A DNA stretch of 63,723 nucleotides, the filler included, from Chiloscyllium plagiosum (lineage: Eukaryota), in NCBI RefSeq assembly GCF_004010195.1. It is 5 parts of one record of this genome, joined end to end, with 100 filler letters (N's around TTAATTAATTAA, not from the genome) between each part and the next. Parts side by side here need not be neighbours in the genome. Positions count along the whole stretch, not along the records: positions 1 to 20,087 come from NC_057714.1; 4 more parts are not named here. One strand, written 5' to 3'. The notes under the pieces were generated by a model. It made no database searches. It was not told the DNA's origin and saw nothing but the letters and a program-made list of their open reading frames with translations. Positions 1 to 13,210 of the stretch are shown one piece after another. The position numbers were made by a program, and so were the translations under genes. How positions within the stretch are numbered: the first letter of the stretch is position 1; each line of letters starts with the position of its first letter.

Positions 1-298
1 CACATTTACAAACAGGGACACACACACACACAGATACACACACGCACAGACCCATACACACATAGACACACACAGAGACCCACACATGCACACACACACA
101 GACACTTGCACACACACACACCGATACACACGCACATGCATACACACACAGACACATATACACATGCACACAGACACAGACGTACGGATACGCACACAGG
201 CATACACAGACACACCCACACACACAGGCACACAGACACATATGCACACACAGACACATAAACGCACACGCTCACAGACACACACACATACACACACA
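1..298. repeat. Degenerate (CA)n-rich simple repeat
   Basis: cacacacagacacacac... tract; explains the His/Thr and Cys/Val pseudo-ORFs. Confidence 0.9.
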
Positions 299-1660
299 GT
301 TCGGTATGGTGGTCTCTCAGTTCAACAGGGCTGTCCCTCATCCCATCACAGCGGTCTCCCAGTCCAACATGGCAGTCTCTCAGTGTGATGTAGCAGTCCC
401 TCATCCCAGTCTGGCCTCAGCATGCATTTCCAGCCTCAAGGTGATTCCAGAGCAGATCCCCCCATCTTGAGAGCCTCAAGGTGAAGCCCGACATCGTGTG
501 GAGTCAGGGCCCAGTGCAGAGTGGAGGCTAGATATTGGCATGGACTGGGTTGCAAAGGTTGTTCTCCTGAACTTTATATTTCTGTATTTTCTAATTTATT
601 CCTATGATCTCTAATGCTAGATATTTAATTGTTTTATTTTTCTAATTCCTTTTCCCTAAGAATTTGTACTTAAGAATTAATACCACAGTACCTTTGTACT
701 TGTGCTGTAAGAGGCAATCTGTAAACTTTTCATTGCTACCATTTGAGTACATGTGGCAATAAAGCTAATTCTAATTCATTAGGAGCACATCCTACCATGA
801 AATAGCTACTGCAATCCTTCAGAAACTAACTTTTCCATTCACATATAGTAGGAAATGAACATACTGATACAAGGAACCTCAACAAATGATACGCTGTAGC
901 TGGGTGAGGGAACATGATTGAGCACATTACTTGTATGTGGGAACAGAGCAGCTCTTAGAATCACACAGAACAGAAGGATGCTGTTCAGCCCATCCTGCCT
1001 GTGCTAGTTCTTTCAACAAGTCATCCAATTAATCCCACATTCCATTATCCCTATAGTCCTGCCAATTCTTCTTTTCTAATTCCCTTTTCAAAGGAAATTC
1101 AGGATTCAACTTTCACGTCCATACAGGGTGTGTTTTTCATGTTGTTGCCATCATATTGAATCAGAAGGAGATGCTGCTCCACATTTCCTCAGTGAATTTG
1201 ACATCCATTCATGACACCTCCCAGTAGATTTTTGGCCTTGCCCCCTAGGTGCTGATGTGCTAAAGCAGATCACTTGTCCATTGATGAGCTTGCCTGGCTT
1301 TCAATCTTTTCAATTCAAGTACAACGAAACCTGGCAGCTTTGACAAGACGCATGTGATCTATCCATCAGAGTCCTGCTCAGGCAGCACGGGCAACAACTA
1401 CCTCGGTCAGTGCATGGAGAAAGCTAAGCCAAGCCATAAGCAGCATGACAGTAAAAAAAACTCAACTATTTTAAAGTGACAAAGATCATTTAATGATGCA
1501 AAGCATCTGCTGTTCATAACAGACAAATGCGTTAGCGTGACTTTCAACACCAGTTATTTTATTGGAAATATGACCCCAGATCTAATTTTAATTTCTCCTC
1601 AGTTTTACTTGAGAGGAAAGGAATGTAAGTGGTGAAACTCAACTTCAACAAGTGATAATA

Positions 1661-1832
1661 CAGAGGAATCAATTATCCGGCATTTGATTATCCGAATATT
1701 GGATTATCCAGCAAGATTGTAAGGTCCGAATGCTTGGCTAAACTATGGTATCCGGCATTCGGTTGCCCGGAATTCGATTAACCAAACAAAATACTCCCGG
1801 TCTGTGTCCTTCGGATAATCCAGGTTCCTCTG
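1661..1832. mobile_element. MITE / non-autonomous Tc1-mariner (pogo/Tigger-like) DNA transposon
   Basis: Imperfect terminal inverted repeats CAGAGGAATCAATTATCCG ... CGGATAATCCAGGTTCCTCTG, flanked by TA at 1659-1660 and 1833-1834; internal ATTATCCG sub-repeats. Confidence 0.75.
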
Positions 1833-2420
1833 TACATCGAATGGTAGTTTTCGATTCCAGTCAATTTCCCTGTAGGCTGTATATGGGCAGGCATTGTGCT
1901 ACCATTCATTTTGTACAATGGATTTCTACAATTAAAACTGAGGAATTACTGTTTGTGAAATGACTGAAAATGCCTAATGTTTTCTTGTAACAAGCTTTTA
2001 TCTTTACATTAGTGGAAACGCTGACTCATGTGGGCCAAGCGCAGGGAAATGGGATTAGCTTGGATGGACATTTTGGTCGGCATAGACCAGTTTGGGCCAA
2101 AGGGCCTATCTCCATGCTGTAGGACTCTATGACTCTAATTGGTTTAAATAACTACATGCCTCTGATAAAACAATATACAAAGGTATAGCATACAGGAACT
2201 TTCTCCGACAATTTCACTTCTAAACCCAAATTGCTATAAAGCCAAGCAAGTTACAGTACATATCAGAGTCCAAGTATTATGTTTCTTAAAAATCTTTCCC
2301 CTTATGGTCATGTTCATTTACAAGAATACTGCCTTGTTTCACGGGACATTCATTTGATGGGACACTTGAGAATATGCACACTCCATGCTTCCCTGTTAAA
2401 CCATTCCTGCTTGATTAAAA

Positions 2421-2560
2421 AAGACCAAAGATCTGCAGATGCTGAAAATCACAAACATTAAACAAAAACTAAAATTGCTGGAAAAATCTCAGCAGGTCTG
2501 GCAGCATCTGTGCATAAAGCGCAGAACTAATGTTTCAGGTTCCCTGCCCCTTTGTCAGAA
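2421..2560 (-). mobile_element. Short Penelope-derived terminal fragment with degenerate hammerhead motif
   Basis: ctgcagatgctg...cagcaggtctggcagcatc family; minus strand CTGACAA-AGGG..CCT-GAAACATT (core mutated). Confidence 0.55.
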
Positions 2561-3499
2561 TAGACCTACTTTTTCTTAGCCTTCTCAGTCATCATTAACA
2601 TTTTCCCAGTTAATGCAAACTGTAATTTACATTCCAGTGCATTTAATCAAGTCTTGCATATTTTATCTTAAAATTAACATTTCTTTAAAAAAGTTATTCT
2701 TGAATTAAGATGTGAAATACTGTTGAATGATAAAAAGGGGTATTTTGTACCTAATTGTGTGCTCTAGGTGCAGCTTTACTTAGATGACATAAGAGAACAT
2801 TAGACAGATAGTTCAGCAGTGCATCTTTCACCCAAAATGATATGACACTGTGACCAGCTATAATCTATTTGTACTGTGCTAATTTTGTTCCATGACAGTA
2901 TGCTAAGTCTCACTGGATAAATCTGAGGCAAATAAATCACAATGATAAGACGTAGTGTTTCACAGGGTCTGCATGCCTGTTGTTCTGCTCTTGAATCAAC
3001 ATGCATCATTTGTCAAAAGGATGAGGGAACATCTTCCATTTTCAGCATGATAATCTTCAGCTCTTCACAGACACTCCAATGAAAATGACTGAGTGTGTTT
3101 GCAAGACATTTGTTTAGTTTCATTCTATTCCTGTCTCGCAAAAAAAACACAAATTAGCCAGCTCTTCTCAGGACCTCGCCCACCTGCAGCCTACTAAAAT
3201 GCAAAATATAACCACCTGGATGTGTGAAAATGCAGCCCCTCCCCCATCCCAAATGCATGCATATTAAGAATAATGTTTTTTTTTAAAAAAAGACTTCGCT
3301 GTGTGAGAATATGTTTTCATCAAGCATCAGTTCTTCACAAGCCATGGCTAAATAATTAATTATTCTATTAAACTTTTTAAAATCTGGCTTCCTTAAATAA
3401 CTGCTATTATTTGCATTCTAAATTCCTGCTGAGTGTAACGCCCTGCATTTTGTCCTGGTTTGACCTTTTAAGCATTTGTTCGGATCATTTTTGCCTGAA

Positions 3500-4810
3500 C
3501 ATTCTCTTGTGACAAAATGTAAAGCTATGCACTTTGGTATGAAAAACAGAAAGGCAGGGTGTTATTTAAATGCTATTAGTGTGGATGTGCAAGCCATCTT
3601 TGTACAAAGGTCACTGAAAGTAAATAGGCAGGTGTGGCAAGCAACGTGGGTGGCCATTGGTATGTTGATCTTCAAGGATTTGAATTGAGAAGTTGGGATC
3701 TCTTACTGCAATTATACAAGATCTCAATGATACCACACCTGGAGTATTATGCTACCTGATAGACAGGGTATAGCAAACATTCACTAGCCTGTCTTCAGGG
3801 AAGGCAGGACTATCATATAAAGAGAGATTGGTTGACTGAGTTCAAATTTCTGTTTGATTATTCATGCAGGGTAGGAGGGGTTGCTGGCTAGGCCAGCATT
3901 TATTGCCCATCCCCAATTGCTCAGATGGCAATTAAGAGTCTACCACATTGCTGTGTATCATATGTAGGCCAGACCAGGTAAGGATGGCAGATTTCCTTCC
4001 CTAAAGGACATTTCTTTTTCCAAACAAACAACAATGAATTCACAGTCAACATTTAGACTCTTAATTTCACATTTATTTTTAATGTTCCATATTCCCATAT
4101 GTGATGGGATTTGAACCCTGGTTCCCAGAATATTATTTGGGTCTTGGGATTAGCAGTCCAGTCATAACACCATTAGTCTATTACCTTCCCTGATGCACTT
4201 GAGTTTAGAAGAGTGATAGAGATTTGGACTGAAATGTATAAAATTCTAACAGGGCTAGGCAGAACAGATGCAAGGCACATGTTTCCCTTGGCTGGGGAGT
4301 AATAAAACCAGGCGTATCAGTTTCAGGATACAGTCTAGGCCATTCAGGACTGAAATGAGGAAATGTTTTTCACTCAGAGGTTGGTCAACTTATGAAATTC
4401 ACTACCATAGAAGGCTGTGGAGGCTGGGTCACTACATTTTTCAAGAAAAAGATTGATAAATGTTTAGATATTCAAGATTTGGAGATGCCGGCATTGGATT
4501 GAGGTGTACAAAGTTAAAAATCACACAACACCAGGTTATAGTCCAACAGGTTTCATTGAAAGCACTAGTTTTCAGACCGCAGCTCCTTCATCAACCATTT
4601 GCTGAAGGAGCGGCGCTCTGAAAGTCAGTCCTTCCAATTAAACCTGTTGGATTATAACCTGGTGTTGTGTGATTTTTAACTTAGATATTCAAGACATCAA
4701 GGAGAAGGCAGGAAATGACATTGAGATAGAGGATCAGACATGATAATCCAGAATAATGGAAGAGACTTGAAGGCTATTGGATTTCTTCTGCTCCTAATTT
4801 CTATGGTTTT
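3500..4810 (+). mobile_element. Decayed CR1 LINE 3' portion, interrupted by a SINE (~3870-4190) and a Penelope fold-back element (4478-4682)
   Basis: CR1 ORF2 C-terminal motifs (KCKAMHFG; RPFRTEMRKCFS) and 3' tail. Confidence 0.7.
4478..4682. mobile_element. Penelope terminal fold-back mini-element (inverted arms) with target-site duplication
   Basis: Arm AAGTTAAAAATCACACAACACCAGGTTATAGTCCAACAGG... is mirrored by ...CCTGTTGGATTATAACCTGGTGTTGTGTGATTTTTAACTT. TSD TTAGATATTCAAGA at 4464-4477 and 4681-4694. Same sequence as the termini of the Penelope at 52217-56909. Confidence 0.8.
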
Positions 4811-5257
4811 GTGCTCAATGTATGTAAAGTTTATTAGTTCCCTGATAAAACTTCAAATATTTCAAACTAAGGAACAAAATGTAGACTCCACTCAGTAATT
4901 TGCTGTCTGTGAATTCTGCTAAGTAGACTGCTGATGTGTAATATGTATATAAATTGGAATGAATTGTGTCAGGAGGCATTAGCAAGAGGTGAGGAATAAG
5001 TGATCCTTAGGGTAAAGTATTGGAATATTTTATTGAATGAGCTAAGAGCCCATGCAATTATTTATTTTTTGAAATAAAAGCTGCAAACACCTCGATTGCA
5101 GTAATCACTGATGATTGAGAGACAAAAGCCTCAGATGCCTGAAATCTGATTTGGAAAAAAGGAAAAAAGATGGTACTGCAGCAAGTTGGAAATATTAAAG
5201 TTTGGGTATGGCTCTTGGTAGCTTTGATAGATTCCATTGGAAGCTTTCCCAGCATTA

Positions 5258-5545
5258 GAGTAGAGGAGTCCAAAACCAGAGGGAATACACGTAGGGTGAG
5301 AGGGGAAAGATTTACATGGGACCTGAGGGATAACTTTTTCACACAGAGGGCGGTGCGTGTATGGATTGAGCTGCCAGAGGAGGTGGTGGAGGCTGGTTCA
5401 ATTACAGCATTTAAAAGGTATCGGGATGGGTATTTAAATAGGAAGGGTTTAGACGGATATAGGCCAAATGCTGGCAACTGGGACTAGATCAGTTTAGGAT
5501 ATCTGGTTGGCATGAATGAGTTGAACCAAAGGGTCTGTTTCTATG
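5258..5545 (+). mobile_element. CR1 LINE 3' end
   Basis: ESKTRGNTRRVRGERFTWDLRDNFFTQRAVRVWIELPEEVVEAG, typical CR1 ORF2 C-terminus. Confidence 0.85.
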
Positions 5546-5664
5546 CATATGTAACCAACCTGGTCTACATATTACATTCAGCCATATCAATGCTGCTTCC
5601 TTATTGTGGCGCATACAATGATACTAGAGATTGAGCTTTACCATAGAATCATACATTTATAGAA

Positions 5665-5928
5665 TCACAGAATCATAGAGTCCCTACAGTGTGGAAATAG
5701 GATCATTGTCCATCAAGTCTGCACTGCCCCTCCAAAGAACAACCCACCTGGACTCAGCCACCCACATTTACCATGTAACCTTACGTTTCCCATGGCTAAT
5801 CTACCTAACCTGCACATCCCTGGACACTATGGGAAATTTAGCACGGCCACTTCACCTAACCTGCACATCCCTGGAAACTATGGGAAATTTAGCATGGCCA
5901 CTCCACCTAACCTGCATATCCTTGGACT
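5665..5928 (-). mobile_element. HE1-type SINE 3' fragment with 51-bp internal tandem repeat
   Basis: acctaacctgca(c/t)atcc recurs at 5803, 5854 and 5905; (ctatga)-type tail on the minus strand. Confidence 0.7.
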
Positions 5929-6249
5929 GAGAAGGTTTATACTGAGAGTGGAGGGACTTCCATTAGTTGGCTTGAAGCCAGAACCACGCCTGTCTCAACA
6001 ATGAAGGACTGAGGACTCGAGGAGTCCCCAAGGGAGGTGACTTACAATGGAGTCTATATGAAAGTAAGCCCATAGCCCATAAGCTTTGTAGAGAATTAAT
6101 CAAAGTTTAAATATTCATTATCATACACTAGTATTTCAAAGCTGGACTAATTTAGCCATTGCAAGTTGACATTCGATGACAGTACAATCACTGAATACAT
6201 CTCTAACAACAGCCGACTTTACCAGAAACTGAACTTGACTAATTCTGGA

Positions 6250-6810
6250 TTGCAAGAGTAGATCAGAGACAGAGAATGCTGCGATAAGTAACTTACCTCC
6301 TGACACCTCTGAGTCTGTCCATCATCTACAAGATCCAAGTCAGAAGTGTGATGAAATACTCCCCAGTTGTCTGGATTAGTGCAACTCCAACAGCAATCAC
6401 GAAGTTTGACAATAGTATCCAGAACAAAGCAGCCCCCTGGATTTGCATCACATCCATAACCATTCATTCCCAAAAGCACCAATGCTCAGTAACAGAAATG
6501 TGTACTTTCCAAACCTATGACCACTACTGTCTAGGACAAAGACAGCAGTTATATGAGAACACCACCGCCTGCAAACTCCCCTCCAAGCCATCCTGACTTG
6601 GAAGTATATGACTGCCCTTTCAGTGTTACTGTGTCAAAATCCTGGAACCCCTCCCCCCCCTCCTCTCTAACAGCATTGTAGATATTCCCACACAAAAACA
6701 ACTGCAACGGTTCAAGAAAGCAGGTCATCACCGTCTGCTGAAGGGCAATGAGGGATGGACAAACACGCTGGCTCATTCAATGATGCCCATGTCCCATAAA
6801 TGAAAATAAT
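6250..6810 (+). mobile_element. CR1/L2-group LINE 3' end
   Basis: QVRSVMKYSPVVWISATPTAITKFD..IQNKAA ORF2 C-terminal motif; 3' tail shared with fragments at ~3870, ~46050 and ~60330. Confidence 0.65.
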
Positions 6811-7589
6811 TGTGCCATTTAATTGCATACCAAATGAATGAGAAGGATCTGTTTTAGTAAACTTTATGAGCTAATGTTGCTAATTTGTCTCACTTGGTAA
6901 AAAACCTGAAGTGGCAATATGACACAAATTGTATCCTTCACAATTTTTCACATCCTTCAGTTTCTTGTTAGTTTAAAAGGATTTGAAGCAGGAATATGTA
7001 TTTTGGACAATGATGCAATTTTCCAGATTTTGAACTCCTAGATTGAATTGCCAAGGTTATAGACAATATGCAGAGCCCCCACTTAACATTGATTTCACAA
7101 ATTTCTCGCTGTGATACAGAATGAGCTTTTTGTGCTCACTGGATCCATTATCTGAACATCGCTTTGGCTCTGCTTCACAATTCTCATCAGACTCCACACA
7201 GTCCAGTACTGTGGACTATCTGAGTAAAACTGATTAATACATTGGGCATTTGTCATGAATTATGGGTAATTTTGTTTGGAGTTCATTGTCCAATAACTTC
7301 CAGTTGACTCTGCCCAATAAAACATTAGTGGTGATTATGAAGATCAATTAATAATAATATCTGACAAGATGTGAAATAACTCCACAGAGGCCAGTATTCC
7401 ATCATCAAGTTACCATTTATTTACATGTGGAAAATCCTTGACACTGATCCAGCTCCCTCAGTGCCAGCTTTCAGAGCCTGGCATTTCTGTGTTTTTTTAT
7501 AGTCCAGCTCCCCCAGAGCCAGTGCTCAGAGTGAGAAGGATGTCTGATACTACTCTTTTGGTTTAGAACCCCGACACTCCTGTTTATTT

Positions 7590-8082
7590 GTTTTCTTTTT
7601 CTTTGCTTATTTTTCCCAGCACCCATGTTGTGAGTGTGCATGTGTGAGACACAGTGAAAGACACAAGGCGTACAAATCTTTATTCAATTTCCACCACCAG
7701 AAAGAAAAGAAACATCCAAGTGGCCAGTGACAAGCAGTGCCCTTCTCATCAAAGGGCAATGCTGTGTGATCAAACAGTGAGTGAAGGGGAGGGCAGGGAC
7801 TAAATCAAAATAGAGTTGGAGGGGGAAATAATACACTCCACTCCCTGTAGTGCCCACCTCTCCCTGAACAGCTCAAGGGTGTTGGTGGACACCGCGTGCT
7901 CTTTTTCTAGAGACACTCGGGCTCTAACATAACCGCGGAAGAGGGACAGGCAGTCGGCCCTAATGACCCACTCCACGGCCCGCTGCCTGGACCTATTTAT
8001 GGCCAGTTTGGCCAGGCCCAGGAGCAGACCCACAAGGAGGTCCTCAGACCTGCCCTCCCCTCTCCATACAGAGTGGCATTCC
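7590..8082 (-). mobile_element. Tx1/L1-clade LINE 3' fragment (copy 1)
   Basis: EDLLVGLLLGLAKLAINRSRQRAVE...FRGYVRARVSLEKEH...FRERW ORF2 C-terminus plus A-rich 3' UTR. Confidence 0.75.
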
Positions 8083-8602
8083 GTTTTTTTTTCTTTTGTT
8101 TTAAAAAACCCCACACTCCCACCTAACTGCGGTAGTGCTTATTTTTTCCCCAGCACCCATGTTGTGTGAGACACAGTGAAAGACACAATGTGCATGAATC
8201 TTTATTCAGTTTCCACCATCTGGAAGAAAGGAAACACCCAAGTGGCCAGTGACAAGCAGTGCCCTTCACATCAAAGGGCAATGCTGTGTGGTCAAACAGT
8301 GAAGGGGATGGCAGGGATTAAATCAAAATAGAGTTGGAGGGGGGAAATAATGCACTCTACTCCCTGCGGCGCCCACCTCTCCCTGAAAAACTCAAGGGTG
8401 TCGGTGGACCACCGCGTGCTCCTTCTCCAAGGACACCCAGGCTCTAACGTAACCTCGGAAGAGGGGCAGGCAGTCGGCCCTAACGACCCCCTCCACGGCC
8501 CGCTGCCTGGACCTGTTTATGGCCAGTTTGGCCAGGCCCAGGAGCAGACCCACGAGAAGGTCCTCAGACCTGCCCTCCCCTCTCCATGCAGAGTGGCATT
8601 CC
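8083..8602 (-). mobile_element. Tx1/L1-clade LINE 3' fragment (copy 2, tandem)
   Basis: Diverged copy of 7590-8082 with the same 5' boundary (AGAGTGGCATTCCG on +). Confidence 0.75.
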
Positions 8603-10574
8603 GGTTTTTACCTGTCAGCCAGGACTTCCTGATTGGACCAGATTAACAGCCCCAATTAGGGAACTCATATTCTATGAGGTCCATCTGGCTGACCTTGTTA
8701 CAATCACTACATCCCTTCCACTCTGAGTCCGAGGACATAGGTGGTCCCTTTCCTTGTAGCACCTCCTGGAGCATTTTACTGCCAGATCAGTTTCATCTGA
8801 CTCTGTATCAATTACTGGCAGTGTGTAATTCATAGTAGCTCAAATCTTGCACCAGGAGCATCTCGGGAGAATTGACTCTCTTTTTCTGATGGCAAAAGCA
8901 TCGATGCAGCGAGAGTTGCCAGGTTCATCTGAGGTTCAGACGTCTCTTCAACACTTGACGGAGAGGGAGAACCCATGGGTTCCAGCAGCTTTTCCCACTG
9001 TTCTGAGGAGCAGGGCAGGTTTTGCTCCCACACCATTTGTGAGTTCATGGCTTTCATATGGTCCATTGGCTTATTCAGGATTGTCACTCCTACCCAAACT
9101 TTATATGCCACTGGACCTTACCTCGCATCGACCATGTCCCTTGCCCATGCAGGGCCATCCCTGTGGTTCTGACATCAAACTTCATGCCCTGTAGTAAATT
9201 GTCTCTCTAGCTTGCTTGAGAGGTGCTCCTGTAATCAACTAGAATCCAAGACAGCTTGGTATCTGTGTCTTTAAGACTGCCTTCACAGTTTGGACTGCTC
9301 TTTCTGCCAGACCATTGGATGATGGATGGTATGGAGCTGTCCTTGTATGTCGAATCCCATTTGACTTCCGCAAAATACTCAAATTCCCCACTAGTAAATG
9401 ATGGACCATGATCTGTGAGTAATATTCCCTGGAGTTTGTGTATTGCAAAATATGCATGCAGTTTTTCTATCATCATCCTAGTGTTTGATGAATGAACTCT
9501 ACACACGTCCAATCACTTTAAGTGGGTGTCTCCAATGACAAAGAACAATGAGCCCATGAAGAGACCTGCATAGCTGACGTGTAACTGAGTCCAGGGTTTA
9601 CCTGGCCATTCCCATGAATGCGGGTGGGGCAAGCTGCTGGTGGTAACTTTTGTCCTCGTTGGTACTCTGGGCACTGCCTCACCAACCCGGCTATGTCTGC
9701 ATCCAATCCTGGCCGGACACAACTTCTTGCCTACATCTTCATTTTGGAAACCCCTGCATGACCCTGGTGGAGTTCAGCCAGTATCTGGTGGCAACCTTTG
9801 CTCGGGACAATCATCTTGCTCTCTACAATAATGTGCTGTCCAAATTCTGCACTATGAAATGACCATTTAAATAGGAATTAGGGAAAACAGTCTAATTGTT
9901 GCATTTGTACCTCACAAAACAGGTAGACTTTATAAACGTCAAAAGAGATTAATTATCTCAGGCAAAGGCATTGCTGAAGAGTATTTAAGTGTCCTGCTGA
10001 CTATAAGACAATAAGACAGAAAATAGGCATTCAAACCATCAAGTCTGCCATTCAAAGAGGACATGGTTGAAGCTAAGATGATTACTGGATAAATCATATC
10101 CGAGACTGAAATCCAGCCTCCTGGATCATGTTTCTTTTCTGGTTTTAAAGAAGCGTTCTCTCACTGAAATATAAGCACGTTATGCAGCACATTTGTTTTC
10201 AACAATAAAACATCACTTTATTATCCAAAATGAATAAAGATAAAATAAGGTAAATCAAACTATTTACATATAAGACACATTTAAAGATTTCAAAACACAC
10301 AGTCAAAATGCAATCCCACTAATCCCAACAGCATCCTATTAGAGAACTCAAACACGAGAGAGAATATCCTTCTGTATTCTGATATAGAGCTGTGGTTTTA
10401 ATTCCTAGTCATGAAAATCTGGTAGTCTCTTTTCTTATTTCCTAGCCAAGGGTGTTTCTCCTCAGCTTAATGCACTACATTGCTTAGTTTAAATTAAAAC
10501 AGAAGATACTGGAAAAACTCAACAGCTCTGGCAGGAGATGTGAAAAGAGAAAGAGTTAACATTTCAAGTCCAAT

Positions 10575-11060
10575 ATAGAGTCATAGAGTCATAGCAGTGC
10601 ACAGCACAGAAACAGACCCTTCGGTCCAACTTGTCCATGCCGACCGGATATCCCAACCTAAACTAGTCCCACATGACCTCCCAATACTCAGACCAATAAA
10701 GGAAAGCATACCAAACGCATTCTTTACTATCCTATCTACCTATGAGTCCACTTTCAAGGAGCTATGAAACTGCACTCCAAGGTCTTTTTGTTCAACAACA
10801 CTCCCTAGGCCCTTACCATTAAGTGTATAAGTCTTGTTAAGATTTGCTTTCACAAAATGCAGAACCTCACATTTATCTGAATTAAACTCCTGCCACTTCT
10901 CAGCCCATTGGCCCATCTGATCAAGATCCTGTTGTAATCTGAGATAATCTTCTTTGCTGTCCACTACCACCTCCAATTTTGGTGTCATCTGCAAACTTAC
11001 TAACCATACCTCTTATACTCACGTCCAAATCATTTATATAAATGATGAAAAGTAGTGGAC
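10575..11060 (-). mobile_element. CR1 LINE fragment (RT C-terminal part and tail, internally deleted)
   Basis: YLRLQQDLDQMGQWAEKWQEFNSDKCEVLHF; (ctatga)n tail. Confidence 0.85.
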
Positions 11061-12005
11061 AAATCCATCTAGCTCTTTTTTAAGTACTTTCAGTGATCCA
11101 CCCTCCACACTCACTAGAGTCGAGAACTTCAGACATTCACTCCTTCTGGAGGGGAAGAAATTCCTTCAGTTTTAAATTAGTGTCCCTTTTTCTGTAACTA
11201 TATCCTCAAGTTCAAGATCACCCCACAACTAGAAACATCAAAATCTCCCTGTCAAACCCTCTCGGGATCTTGTACATTCAATAAGATTAATTCCTAATTC
11301 TTCTAAACTTAAATGAATAAAAGCCTAAGCTGTTCAGCTCTACAACTCAAAAAAAGGTTCCAATCAATCTCAAGGTATTTGTCTCCTAACTTTGCACAGT
11401 ACTGTATGTAGCACAGTTGCCTTCTCTACTCTTCACTGCATGCTTACTATTTGAAATCTGTTTGTGTGTTTTCCAATCAAGGAAACACACTACAGCCTGA
11501 GAGAGGAAAGCACAAGTCAGTCACTTATATATTGCCGTCTCTATTTGTGCTACGATGTGGTCATTGAGCATTCAGGTTAGCACATCCACACAGTGTACCA
11601 GAATCTAATAGAAAAGAACAGAGCCAAATGTCATAGAGCACAGAAAAGGAAATGAAGCCAGAGGGAACAAAAATAAACCTGGGATCACACTGTATATATG
11701 AGCATTGTAACAATGGTGAAGTCAAAATGTTTACTGCTGAGCGGTGCTGCTAATCTACTCTACTGTTGTATAAGTTGGGAAAGTTATTGTCAGAAGCTGT
11801 AGGCACAGACAAGTTGCCTGAAGGTGCACTCGCTGGTTTGTGCAACAAACAGGACTGACATGTTCTCCAAAGTACTATAAAAGTAACAAACCGAAAAAAA
11901 ACTCATTTAGGCCCTTGATTCCAAAACACAAACTTTTACTTTCTCAAAAACAGAAAAAAAGTTTCAGCAGAGTACAACCTTGAAAAAATAAAATTTCCCA
12001 TCTCT

Positions 12006-13210
12006 TTGCCACAGGTGCCAGAAGATTGGAGGTTGGCAAACGTGGTGCCACTGTTTAAGAAGGGCGGTAAAGACAAGCCAGGAAACTATAGACCGGTGAG
12101 CCTAACCTCGGTGGTGGGCAAGTTGTTGGAGGGAATCCTGAGGGACAGGATGCACATGTATTTGGAAAGGCAAGGACTGATTAGGGATAGTCAACATGGC
12201 TTTGTGCGTGGGAAATCATGTCTCATAAACTTGATTGAGTCTTTTGAAGAAGTAACAAAGAGGATTGATGAGGGCAGAGCAGTAGATGTAATCTATATGG
12301 ACTTCAGTAAGGCATTCGACAAGGTTCCCCATGGGAGACTGATTANNNNNNNNNNNNNNNNNNNNNNNNNNNNNNNNNNNNNNNNNNNNNNNNNNNNNNN
12401 NNNNNNNNNNNNNNNNNNNNNNNNNNNNNNNNNNNNNNNNNNNNNNNNNNNNNNNNNNNNNNNNNNNNNNNNNNNNNNNNNNNNNNNNNNNNNNNNNNNN
12501 NNNNNNNNNNNNNNNNNNNNNNNNNNNNNNNNNNNNNNNNNNNNNNNNNNNNNNNNNNNNNNNNNNNNNNNNNNNNNNNNNNNNNNNNNNNNNNNNNNNN
12601 NNNNNNNNNNNNNNNNNNNNNNNNNNNNNNNNNNNNNNNNNNNNNNNNNNNNNNNNNNNNNATGCAATTCTGGTCTCCTTCCTATCGGAAAGATGTTGTG
12701 AAACTTGAAAGGCTTCAGAAAAGATTTACAAGGATGTTGCCAGGGTTGGAGGATTCGAGCTATAGGGAGAGGCTGAACAGGCTTAGGCTGTTTTCCCTGG
12801 AGCGTCGGAGGCTGAGGGATGACCTTATAGAGGTTTACAAAATTATGAGGGACATGGATAGGGTAAATCGGCAATGTCTTTTCCTTTGGGTCAGGGAGTC
12901 CAGAACTAGAGGGCATAGGTTTTGGGTGAGAGGGGAAAGATATAAAAGAGACCTACAGGGCAACATTTTTTAACGCAGAGGCTGGTACGTGTATGGAATG
13001 AGCTGCCAGAGGAAGTGGTGGAGGCTGGTACAATTGCACATTTCAGAGGCATTTGGATGTATATATGAATATAGGAAGGGTTTGGAGGAATATGGGCCGG
13101 GTGCTGGTAGGTGGGACTAGATTTGTTTGGTATGTCTGGTCAGCATGGACGGGTTGGACCGAAGGGTCTGTTTCCATGCTGTACATTTCTATGACTCTAT
13201 GATTCTATTC
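12006..13210 (+). mobile_element. Young CR1 LINE ORF2 (RT) 3' portion spanning an assembly gap
   Basis: VPEDWRLANVVPLFKKG...NYRPVSLTSVVGKLLE...QHGFVRGKSCL...[13 protein letters not shown]; 3' end and ctatga tail. Confidence 0.92.

Larger units (their letters stand above)
7370..9860 (-). mobile_element. Gypsy/Ty3 LTR retrotransposon remnant: integrase + PPT + 3' LTR (LTR 8711->7370, interrupted by Tx1 fragments)
   Basis: Frameshifted integrase motifs MDADIAGLVRQCPEYQ, HSWEWPGKPWTQLHVSYAG, GIRHTRTAPYHPSSNGLAERAVQTVK. On the minus strand a purine tract (GAGTGGAAGGGA) directly precedes TGTAGTG at 8711, and the LTR ends ...TTTCACA at 7370. Confidence 0.8.

Noticed and set aside
6..404. Cys/Val-rich and His/Thr-rich ORFs (also 20225-20572, 53023-53421, 56149-56551)
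   Set aside because: Translations of (CA)n/(TG)n low-complexity DNA.
5790..5928. Regularly spaced 51-bp repeats resembling an array
   Set aside because: Contiguous tandem copies of an internal SINE segment with no unique spacers; not CRISPR-like.
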